DNA of 64,000 nt from Rebecca billardiae RCC1528 (Eukaryota > Protista > Haptophyta). Below, one piece after another: positions 9,605-18,809 of this stretch. The notes below the pieces were generated by a model, which saw only the letters and a list, made by a program, of their open reading frames with translations, did not search any database and was not told where the DNA came from. Position 1 is the first letter of the stretch, and every line of letters starts with the position of its first letter. A program made the translations under genes and the position numbers. The stretch spans positions 62,001 through 126,000 of the forward strand of contig OZ251236.1 in assembly GCA_965240325.2 (NCBI GenBank), given 5' to 3'.

Positions 9605-10114
9605 CGGCGAGTCCAACTACTACTAACTTCGGCGAGTCCAACTACTACAAACTTCGGCGAGTCCAACTACTACTAACTTCGGCGAGTCCAACTACTACTA
9701 ACTTCGGCGAGTCCAACTACTACTAACCTCGGTGAGTCCAACTACTACTACTAACTTCGGCGAGTCCAACTACTACTAACTTCGGCGAGTCCAACTACTA
9801 CTAACTTCGGCGAGTCCAACTACTACTAACTTCGGCGAGTCCAACTACGACTACTAACTTCGGCGAGTCCAACTACTACTAACTTCGGCGAGTCCAACTA
9901 CTACTAACTTCGGCGAGTCCAACTACTACTAACTCAGGCGAGTCCAACTACTACTAACTTCGGCGAGTCCAACTACTACTAACTTCGGCGAGTCCAACTA
10001 CTACTAACTTCGGCGAGTCCAACTACTACTAACTCAGGCGAGTCCAACTACTACCAACTTCGGCGAGTCCAACTACTACTAACTCAGGCGAGTCCAACTA
10101 CTATTAACTTCGGC
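9605..10114 (+). repeat. Tandem minisatellite, 20 copies of 25-bp CGGCGAGTCCAACTACTACTAACTT
   Basis: Units start at 9605, 9630 ... 10086. Two units are 28 bp (one extra triplet). Few substitutions; no spacers. Confidence 0.97.
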
Positions 10115-10687
10115 CACAACATCACCCACCAGCTGCTGACCAAGAACAGGCTACACCATCGTCCACCATGACCTGCCACTGACCAAGTAGGCGACGACAT
10201 CATCCGCACCAGCTGCTGACCAAGTAGGGGACGGCCTGGCCGACGCCAACATGCTCACTCGCCTTTGATTTCGTACCCATGCACTTCCTGGTGGGCCTGA
10301 CGACGTCCGGACGACGACAACAACGACATCCGCCATGGGGACCAACATCAACGCGCTCACACCACTGCCACTGCTGCAAGCTTCGACCAGTACCACTACA
10401 GACGAATCAGGAGAGCTGCGCCCTCGTGCCTGTGTCTTTAAATCATAGAATTAGTCTATGATACAATTCGTCGTTTTTTTTGGCTTTCTAAATACGGGCT
10501 GGCCGCCCCGAGCCGGCCGTGATGGCCGGCCGAGAGGCCAAGTCAGCTCGTGGGTGCGGATCCAGCTGGCGGCGGATGCGCGGATGCGCGCGGCGTGCGG
10601 CGTCTGGCGGCGCGCGCGCCAGCCCCGGCGGGCGGCCGCGAGCGGTGCGCCGTCGCTCCGGGTATGCAGCGACGGCGCGTTGCTCGC

Positions 10688-10760
10688 GGCCTGGCTCTCG
10701 GCGCCCGGCAACCGAGGGGGTCCCTCAGCTTTGTGCCGGGCGCGTCATCTGATCCGGGGC
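10688..10760 (-). promoter_or_regulatory. SECIS element (type II) in peroxiredoxin 3' UTR
   Basis: Minus strand reads AUGAC-GCGCCCGGCA-C-AAA-GCUGAGGG-ACC-CCCUCGGU-UGCCGGGCGC-CGAG. This gives the AUGA/GA core, a perfect 10-bp helix II, unpaired AAA and an apical minihelix. Confidence 0.9.
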
Positions 10761-10841
10761 TGGGCGCGCGCGCGCGCGCGGGCCGGCCTGCGCGCCGCGT
10801 CGCGCTCGGCGCGGTCTGGGCCGCGTCTCGCGCGGCGCGGT

Positions 10842-11761
10842 CTAGATCGCGGCGAGCATGGCGTCGACGCACGACGCCGACGGGTCCGAGTCGCCCGCCG
10901 GGTCGTCCGGCCCCTCGCTCACCGCGAGGTGCTTGATCACGCCGTCCTCGGCGTAGAAGGCAAACCGCTTCGAGCGCTCGTTGCCTAGCACCTCCTTGGG
11001 GCCGGGGTGCGTCATCACGAGGTCGAGCGCCTTGGTGAACTCGCCGCGCGTGTCGGCGAGGAAGGTGATCATCGAGCCCTCCACGCCCTGGTCCTTCGCC
11101 CACGCCTGCATCACCGCGCCGTCGTTCACGCAGTACACCAGGATTTCGTCAACCCCCTTGGCCTTGAGCTCGGCCTGCTTCTTGAGATACCCGGGCACCT
11201 GCTCGTTGGATCAGGTGGGCGTGAACGCGCCGGGGAGGCCGACGACGATGGTCTTCTTGCCGGCGAGGCGCTTGGTCATGTCCACCTTCATCGGCGGGAA
11301 CATGTAGTCCAGCGACACCGCGGGCACCTTGTCGCCCACCGCCGCCTGCGCGCGCGCGCGGCGCACGCGCGCGGTGGGGCGCCATCGCCGAGCGCGCCGC
11401 GGCAGCAGCCGAGGCGGCGTGAGCGCGGGAGCGTGGCCGCCCGCGCGCGCGCAGCGCGAAGCGGGCGTGTGGGATCGAGCCACACACGCGCCGCCGCCGT
11501 GCGAGCCGCATTCGCGCCGCGCCGCGCCAGCGCCAGCGCTGCCGCCGCGGCCGCGCCGCGCGGCCAGCGGCCGCGCCGCCGCCGCGTGTCGCGCGCGGCC
11601 GGCCGGCGAGGTGTGGCCTCGCGCGGCGCGCGCGCGGCGCGCGCGGCGATGCGCGCGCTCGCACGCACCATGCGGAAGGCCGACGTGCGGTAGCCCATGC
11701 GGCCCACGCGCGACGCGAGGCCGGAGGACAGCATCAGCGACACGGACAGCAGGCGCAACAT
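10842..11761 (-). CDS. PRX5: Selenocysteine-containing type-II peroxiredoxin (Prx5-like), probably plastid-targeted; exons 11761-11669 and 11345-10842; Sec UGA at 11213-11211
   Basis: VGDKVP...VVGLPGAFTPT-UGA-SNEQVPGY...GVDEILVYCVNDGAVMQAW...FLAD..GEFTKAL...RSKRFA match the Prx5 family. GT-AG intron 11668-11346. Hydrophobic plus Ser/Arg-rich N-terminal leader. SECIS downstream. Confidence 0.9.
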
Positions 11762-11949
11762 CGACGGCGCACCCTTCGTCTTGCGGCACGGCGGCCGTCT
11801 CGAGCTGATGAGCCAGGCGAGGTTTCGTCACGGCCGAATCTCAGTCCGCGAGCGTGCCCCAACTTCAGACTGCCTTTGAACTCGGAACATTAGTCCGGGA
11901 GCAGCAGCAACGGCCATCACGATTTCAGCATGGCGGCTCGCCCCGGCGG

Positions 11950-13306
11950 CTAGAGGCCATGCGCCTCGCGCACGGGCACGAGGTGCTCGATCCCACCCCC
12001 CGGGCCGGGCGTCGAGCCCAGCGGCGCGCACATCGTCGTGTTCATCGGGTCCTCCTCCTCGGGCCGCCGCACGCCGCCGAGCGCGCCGCCGCCGCCGCCG
12101 CCGAGCGCGGCGGCGCTGCCACCGCCCCCGCCCCCAGCGTGCGCGCCCGACGGCTCGGCGGGGCGGTCGGCAAGCGGCGCATCCGCCACGCCGGGCGCCT
12201 CGCCCTCCCCCGCCGCGAGCCCGCCCGCCGGCCGGCTGAGCAGCAGCGCGCCAGGCGGCGAGCTGCTCGCGTCCGATTCGCCGGCGGTCGAGCCGTTGCT
12301 CAGCAGCCCGTGGCTCAGCGCGCCGGGGCGGAGGCCCGCGGGCGGCGAGGGCAGCGCGAGCGGGCCGAGGCGCGCGCCGAACGCGGGGTCCAGCCCGTGC
12401 GGCCCGCCCGCGCCATCGGCCGCGCCGCCCTCCGCCGCCGCGCCGCCCGCCGCGCCGCCCGCCGAGCGATCTGGGCCAGGGCCGTCCGCGCCGCCCATGC
12501 GATTTGGGCCGAGGCTCCGGCGCACGTCGTCGAGCTCCGCGAGCTCGGCGTCGAGCGGGGCGGCGTGCGCCGGCTCGCCGGGCGCGAGCACGCCCTCCGG
12601 CGGGCGCAGCCCCGGCCAGCCGCCCGCCGCGCCGCCCGCCGCGCCGCCGCCCGGCGCGGCGCCGCCGCCCTCGCGCGTGGGCGAGGGCGGCGAGGCGACG
12701 ATGGCGATGGTGGGGGGCGAGCGCGCGGCGTCGGCGCCGTCGGCCTCGACGGGCGCCGCGCCGCCGGCAGCCGCGGCGGCGCGCGCGCGCGCCGCCGGGC
12801 CGCCGCGGCCGCCGCGGCCGCCGGCCACCGGCGAGGCGGCGCGCGCGCCGCCGCCGCGCGCGGGCGAGGCGGCGCGCGGCGCGCGCGCGGCGGCGGCGCC
12901 GCCGCCGCCGCCGCCCTCCGCGCCGCCGCGCCGCCGCGCCGCGGCGGCGGTCGGGCTCGGCGCGCGCGCGGCGGCGCGCGCGGCCGGGCGCTGCGCCGCG
13001 CCCGCCGAGACCGGCCGCGCCGCACCGCCGCGCGCGCCCGCCGCCGCGCCGCCGTGCGCGCGCAGCGGCGAGGCGGCGCGTCGCGGCGCCGAGCCGCGCC
13101 GCGCCGCGCCGCCGGCGGCCGCGGCGGCGGCGTTGGCGGGGTTGGGCGGTGGCGCGCCCTCGGCCGGCGCGGCGCGGCGGCTATGGAACGGGCTGCTCGC
13201 GCCGCGCGCCCGCCCGCCCGCCGCGTCCGGCCGCGCACCCGCGCGCGCGCCCCCGCCGCCCGCCGCCGGCGCGGCGCGGCGCGCGGGCGACGCCGAGCGC
13301 CGCGCC

Positions 13307-13340
<34 letters not shown>

Positions 13341-14502
13341 ATGTGGCGGCGGCGGCGGCCCCGCCGCGTCCGCGCGGGCGGGAGAGGGCGCGGAGCTCGG
13401 TGGACGCCGCCGCGGCGCGGATCAGCGCCGCCACCGGGTCCGACGCCAGCGCCGCCGCCTGAGCCAACTCGAGCGGGCTCGGCGGCGGCGGCGCGCCGCC
13501 GCCCGCGCCGCCGCCCGCGCCGCCGCACGCGCCGGCCGCGCCGCCGTGTGCGCTCGGCCGGCGCGCGCGCGCGTGCACGTCGGCGCGCGCGTCGAGCAGG
13601 CGCTGCGCGCGCTCCACGCCGAGCAGACCCGTGCCCACGTAGTGCAGCGGCGTGCTCAGCTCGCGCGTGCGCCCGAGCCACCGCGCCACGGCGGCGTGGC
13701 CGCACGCCGCAGCCGCCGCCTCGGCGGCGGACGGCGGCGGCGCGCCCGCGGCCGCGCCCGCGCCCGCCGCGGCGGCGGCGGCGGAGCCGGCGGAGGAGCG
13801 GCGGCGGTGGGGCGAGCCGGGCGGCTGCTGCGCGGCGCCGCCCACGCTGCCGCGCACCCGGCCCCGCGCCGCGCCCCACGCGCACAGCAGCTGCACCGTC
13901 GACAGCTCGCCGCGTGCGCACGCGCGCGCCAGCGCCGTGTCGCCCAGAGAGGCGAGGGCGCGGCCGGCGGCGTCGTGCGCGCCGGTGGGCGCGGCGGGCG
14001 CGTCGGCGGGCGCGTCGGGCTCGGCGCCGTGCTCGAGCAGCGTCTCCGCCGCCTCCGCGTGCCCGAGCTCCGCCGCGACGTGCAGCGCCGTCGCGCCGTC
14101 GGCGCGCGCGCGCGCGGACACGTCAGCGCGCGCGCGCAGCAGCGCGCGCGCGCACGCGGCGCTGCCCGCGCGCGCGGCGGCGTGGAGAGCGCGCTCGCCG
14201 CTCGGGAGCGGGCGGTCGGGCTCGGCGCCATGCTCCAGCAGCAGCTCCACCACCGCCGCGTGCGCGCCCGCGCACGCCGCCGCGAGCGCGCTCGGGCCGC
14301 CCGCGGCGCGCGCGTCGGCCGGCGCGTCCGCGTCGGCGCGCGCGCCGCGCGCGAGCAGGTGGGCGCAGACGTCGGCGTGGCCGCGCGCGGCGGCGTGCCA
14401 GAGCGCCTCGCCCATCGACGCGTCGAGCTGCCGCGCGACGCTGCGCACGTCGCCCTCGCGCGCCGCCTCGCGCAGCGCCTCGGCGCCGTCGCCGCCCACC
14501 AT
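11950..14502 (-). CDS. Ankyrin-repeat protein with long Ala/Gly/Pro-rich C-terminus
   Basis: ALREAAREGD, ALWHAAARGHADVCAHLLARGA, ALAAACAGAHAAVVELLLEHGA, ALHAAARAG, TALHVAAELGHAEAAETLLEHGA, TPLH. ATG at 14502. Introns in the tail not excluded. Confidence 0.8.
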
Positions 14503-14713
14503 GGCGCCGCGGGCCTGGGCGCTCCTGGCGCCAAAAATTGGCAAGACGGCCGGTGGCGCTTCGTCACGTTGCGCGTTTTGGGCGGCCGGCTGTTTCCGGT
14601 CCGGCGCTTCAAGTCCGCATCGATGGCGGCGGTTGCCTGCGCCCGCCACTGAGCGAGGCACATTCGTCACGCGCACGCGCTGCGCACGGCGCTCAGCGCA
14701 CGCGACGCGCGCA

Positions 14714-15032
14714 ATGGTGGTGACCGACCTGCGCCGCTCGATGCCGCCCAAGCCCGGCGCCGAGCCCACGCGACTGTTACACATGCTCGGCCAGGTGCGC
14801 ACTCTCCACGCCGAGATGGCGAGGCTCGGCCGGCCCGCGGCCGGCGCCGAGCGCGAGGGCGGCGGCGAGGGGGCGGAGGGCGCGGCGGCGGAGGGCGCGG
14901 CGGGCGGCACCGCGCGCCAAGGCTCCGCCGGCCCGCCCAACAGGCGCGCGAGCACCACCGCCGCCGCCGCCGCGGCCGCGGGCTCGCGTCACGGTTCGGC
15001 GGGCGATCGGCGGCGCTCTGTGGCTCACCCGA

Positions 15033-15072
<40 letters not shown>

Positions 15073-15416
15073 GGCGCTCTCGGTGGACTCGGCGGTGCGG
15101 TACCGCCGGCTGCTCTCCGTCGACGCGCACGCGCACACGCTCCCCGAGCTGCCCGGCGCCGCGTACATACCGGCCGTGCTCAGCGAGCTGGAGGGAAGCA
15201 ATCTCGCGGACGAGATAGCGCGCGCGCTCGCGCCGCGCGCCGCGCGCGACCCGCCGTCGCGCGCCGCGGCGGACGGCGGCGGCGGGCTCGCGCCCGCGGT
15301 GTGCCGCTGGCTCACGCCGCAGCCGGGCGCGCCGCTGCCGCCGCCGCTCGCCGAGCTCGCCGCCGTGCTCGTCCGCGCAGGCCTGCTGCCAGCCGAGTGT
15401 TCGCGCGCGGGCGACG

Positions 15417-15475
<59 letters not shown>

Positions 15476-15843
15476 AGCGGCGAGGCGGGCACGGCGCTCG
15501 CGGCGCGCGCCAAGCTGCACGTCTCGGTGCTGGACTACGACGTGCGCGCCGCCTCGATCGTGCCGCCCGGCGGCGAGCCGCCGCCCTTCTCAACGCCGAG
15601 CCCGCAGCGCGCGGTGGTGGCATTGTCGCTGGTGGCGCCCGCGGCAGTGTGGTTGCACCCTCGCCCGCCGGCCGCGCACGCCGCCGCGCCCGCCGCCGCG
15701 TCGAGCGCGCGGCCGGACGCGCACCTGCCGGCGTACATGCGCGCGACGGAGACCACCTCGTCCAAGCACCAGTACAAGCGCCTCGCCGCCGCCGTCGCGC
15801 TCGGCGGCGCGGCGGGCGGCGCGCGCGCCAGCAGCGCTCACCT

Positions 15844-15874
<31 letters not shown>

Positions 15875-17464
15875 GGGCGCAGCTCCAAGCAGCATGGCAG
15901 CCGCTCGGCGTCGCGCACGGTGCTGCCGGAGCCGGCGCTGTTCCTCGAGCCGAACTCGCTGCTGCTCCTCCCGCCGAGCTGCCTCGCCCCGCCGCCCGCC
16001 GTCGCCTCGCTTCTCCTCAGCTCCCTCGCCTCCGAGCAGCCGCCGCCGCCCGCGCCGCCGCCGCCGCCCGCGCCGCCGCCGCTCGCGCCGACGGCCGCGC
16101 CCGCCGCCGAGCGCCGCAGCCGCAGCCGTAGTCGCAGCCGCGGCCGCGGCCGCGAGCGCCGCCGCCGCTCCCCGCCGCACCGCGCGCCCGCGCGCGACCC
16201 GCCCCACGCGGCGCGCGCCGCCGCAACCGCCGCCACCGCCGCCGCCACTTCCGCCGCCTCCGCCTCGGCGGCGCGCAGCAGCCGCGCGGCCGCCGCGGCG
16301 GGTCCGCGCGGCGGCGGCGTGAGCGGCGGCGGCGTCAGCGTCGGCGTCAGCGTCGACGAGATCCTCGGGGACTTCGAAGCAGGCTCTGAGGATGGCGGCG
16401 ACGGCGGCGGCGGCGGCGCGGCGGGCGCGCACGAGCCGCGGCCGCCCGGCGGTGGACCGGGCGGCGGTGCAGCCGATGATGCACGCCGCGGCTCGGTGGG
16501 CGAGATCACGCTGCCCCTGCCGCCCGCGCCGCCCGCGCCGCTGGCAGCGGACGCGCCGCTCGCAGCGGACGCGGACGGTGCGGGCGTGGACGGCGGTGCT
16601 GGCGCGGACGGGACGGGCGGCGGCCATCCGGACGGCGAGGCGGCGGCGCCCGCGCACGCAGTCCTCAGCGCCAGTGCGGGTGGAGCGGCCGGGGCGGCCG
16701 GCGCGGCCGGCGACGCGGACGGCGGTGACGGCAGCGAGCACGTGGGCGCGCACCGCCGCTCGTCGCAGGAGCCGAGCCCGCCCTCCAGCCCGGCGGCGGG
16801 GCGCGTCTCACTCGCCACGGACGCACTGATGGCGCAGCAGCAGCAGCCGCACTCGCCCGGCTTGCACGCGCGACCCGGCAGCGTCGGCTCGTGCGGCGGC
16901 AGCCCTGGACCCAGCAGGCGCCGCCCCAGCTTCGCCTCCACGGCGGGCGGCGGCGGCGGCGGCGGCGGCGCGGGCGGCGGCGCGCGGCTGAGCCACGCCA
17001 GCCACGCTGGCCACGCGCCCAAGCGCGCCTCGGGGCGCTCACCGCGCCACAGCCGCGCGGGCCCGCCCGCGCCGCCCGCCGCGTACGCCAACGCGCGGCT
17101 GCTGCAGCAGCAGCCGCCGCCGCCCGTGCTGGAGCACGGCGGCGGCGGCGGCGGCGGCGCGGGCGGGCCCGAGGGGGCGCCGGGCTGGCTGGATGACGGC
17201 GAGCTGCTGCTCCTCGAGCAGCGCGCGCTGGCGGCGGGCGGCGGCGCGCGCGCGCGCGGCGGTGGCACGCGCCCCGCGGCCGCCCACCATCACCACCAGC
17301 CAGCTGGGCGGCGCATGATGATTGTCTTCGCCGCCGACGGGCCGGTCCCGGGGTTCCCCCAGCAGGCCGCGGCGCCGGAGCCGCAGGCGCAGCAGCAAGC
17401 GCCGCAGCACCTGGAGGCTGGCCTGGCGCTGCCGGACGGCGGGCAGCAGCAGCAGCAGCAGTAG
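14714..17464 (+). CDS. Low-complexity protein with a dispersed, degenerate AlkB-like (2OG-Fe(II)) fold
   Basis: ATG 14714, divergent from the ankyrin gene. Blocks LPGAAYIPAVLS..E, LPPPLAEL, HVSVLDY, VVALSL, LFLEPNSLLLL and RMMIVF occur in ALKBH order. Confidence 0.55.
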
Positions 17465-17718
17465 TAGCTCAGCTCAGGCGACTGGAGTACCAGCGGCGGA
17501 GCCTGAGCCCGGAGCTGCAGCGCGCAGCATATAGCGCGCATCATCAGCGCATATTAAATATGCCATCATATATATATATATGCATATATATATGCATATA
17601 TATATATGCATATGCTGCGCCGATATCGATGATGATCTCATGATGATCGTACCGCGGTACTCTAGCCGCTATGCTCTGCCACCAGCGCCGACTTCGTCGA
17701 CGATCGGGCACTGCCGAC

Positions 17719-17780
17719 GACGAATCACCGGGAGACCTGCGCCGTCCTACCTGTGTCGTTAAATCATACTGAATGAGTCT
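17719..17780 (+). repeat. Short diverged copy of the sequence at 10401-10457 (putative LINE 3' end)
   Basis: GACGAATCA..GGAGA.CTGCGCC.TC...CCTGTGTC.TTAAATCATA..GAAT.AGTCT is shared by both loci. Confidence 0.7.
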
Positions 17781-18239
17781 GCAGATCGATCGCTATTTAT
17801 ATCAATATCATATCATCATTATGGCCCGCGGTGCAGGGCGGAGCGCGTAGCGTGGAGCCCCGCCGGGGGCCCTCACTACTCGTTGTCAAAAAGATCGCTT
17901 TTGATCAATATATATATATAAAGAAAAGGGGATGGGGGACGACGATTTTGAGGGCTGTTCAGCCTACTGTTGCAGGGTGAGCTAGTTTTCGACTTTTTTT
18001 TGAGGGCGGGGGGTATATTGCTGTCCATCACAGCTGAAAAGGCCGCGCGCCCGCTCCAATTCTTGATGTATCTACTACATGGATCGACGGACGTGGGATC
18101 AGATACCCCGGCGGGGTGCCAACAAGTGACGGTTATTCCGACTATCCGCCTCAGCGGCCTCTTGTATGCTGAAGTACGAGTTTGCCGAGCGACGTTTGAT
18201 ACTGTCTTTGGGTCGAAAACAGCTGCTATGAAGCCAGAT

Positions 18240-18530
18240 TCTTTTGAATAGTGCTTGATGTTCAAATACGTTACCCGCCTGTCTCGATGGATGAACCGCC
18301 TCGTCTGATATATTAAAAGAGACTCTTTTCAATATAGCGCTACTTGTCCAATAACCAAGTTACCCGCCTGCCTCGTGATGCGGATTGAACCTTCTGTGCC
18401 ATATATATAATAATGAAGGGGTTCGTCTTTTGAATGGCGCTTGTAAAACCAAGTTACCCGTCTGCCTCGATGGATGAACCTCCTCGATCTGCCATAATAT
18501 GAAAGAATAATAAAAACGGCGGGTTACCCG
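18240..18530. repeat. Degenerate ~90-bp tandem repeat (3-4 units) in an AT-rich island
   Basis: GTTACCCG.CTG.CTCG..TG..GAT.GAACC recurs at 18270, 18359 and 18453, partially at 18523. TCTTTT.AAT..GC..CTTG precedes each full unit. Confidence 0.75.
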
Positions 18531-18809
18531 CCGCCAGCGTCTCGCAACGAGGAGGTGCCCGCCAGCGGCAAGCGCGCACATATCATCGCCGTCGGCGCGG
18601 CGTCAGCCCCGCGTAATCTTCCGGGCCAGGCTCGAGCTCGGATGCACATCACGACGCTCAAGCAGGCGCTGTCCGTACCGACGTTGGCGCGCCTCCAGCG
18701 GATGGTCGACAAAGCACCATGTAATATAAATAAGTGTCACGACGCGATGACTACGACGACGACGACGGCCGCGACTGCGCGCGTGATGACGTGGCGCTCG
18801 TCATCAACA

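Larger units (their letters stand above)
1379..10457 (+). mobile_element. Non-LTR retrotransposon (LINE), apparently full length; boundaries approximate
   Basis: Intronless 2159-aa APE/RT/RNaseH/CCHC ORF with an overlapping upstream ORF. Composition is CA-rich and CG-poorer than flanking genes. The 3' region has a G-tract and tandem array. The 3' limit is inferred from a ~60-bp motif (10401-10457) that recurs at 17719-17780. No TSD identified. Confidence 0.85.

Noticed and set aside
9005-9726. ORFs running into the 25-bp array (LRRVQLLLTSASPTTTNFGESNYY)
   Set aside because: A non-triplet period cycles through frames and hits TAA; this is a by-product of the repeat.
9605-10114. CRISPR array next to a reverse transcriptase
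   Set aside because: Units are head-to-tail with no unique spacers, there are no cas genes, and the context is eukaryotic.
11211-11213. Peroxiredoxin pseudogene with a nonsense mutation
   Set aside because: The TGA falls exactly on the catalytic Cys and a canonical SECIS follows, so Sec recoding explains it better.
18240-18530. CRISPR-like repeat-spacer pattern
   Set aside because: The 'spacers' resemble each other and the repeats are degenerate, so it is a decayed tandem repeat.
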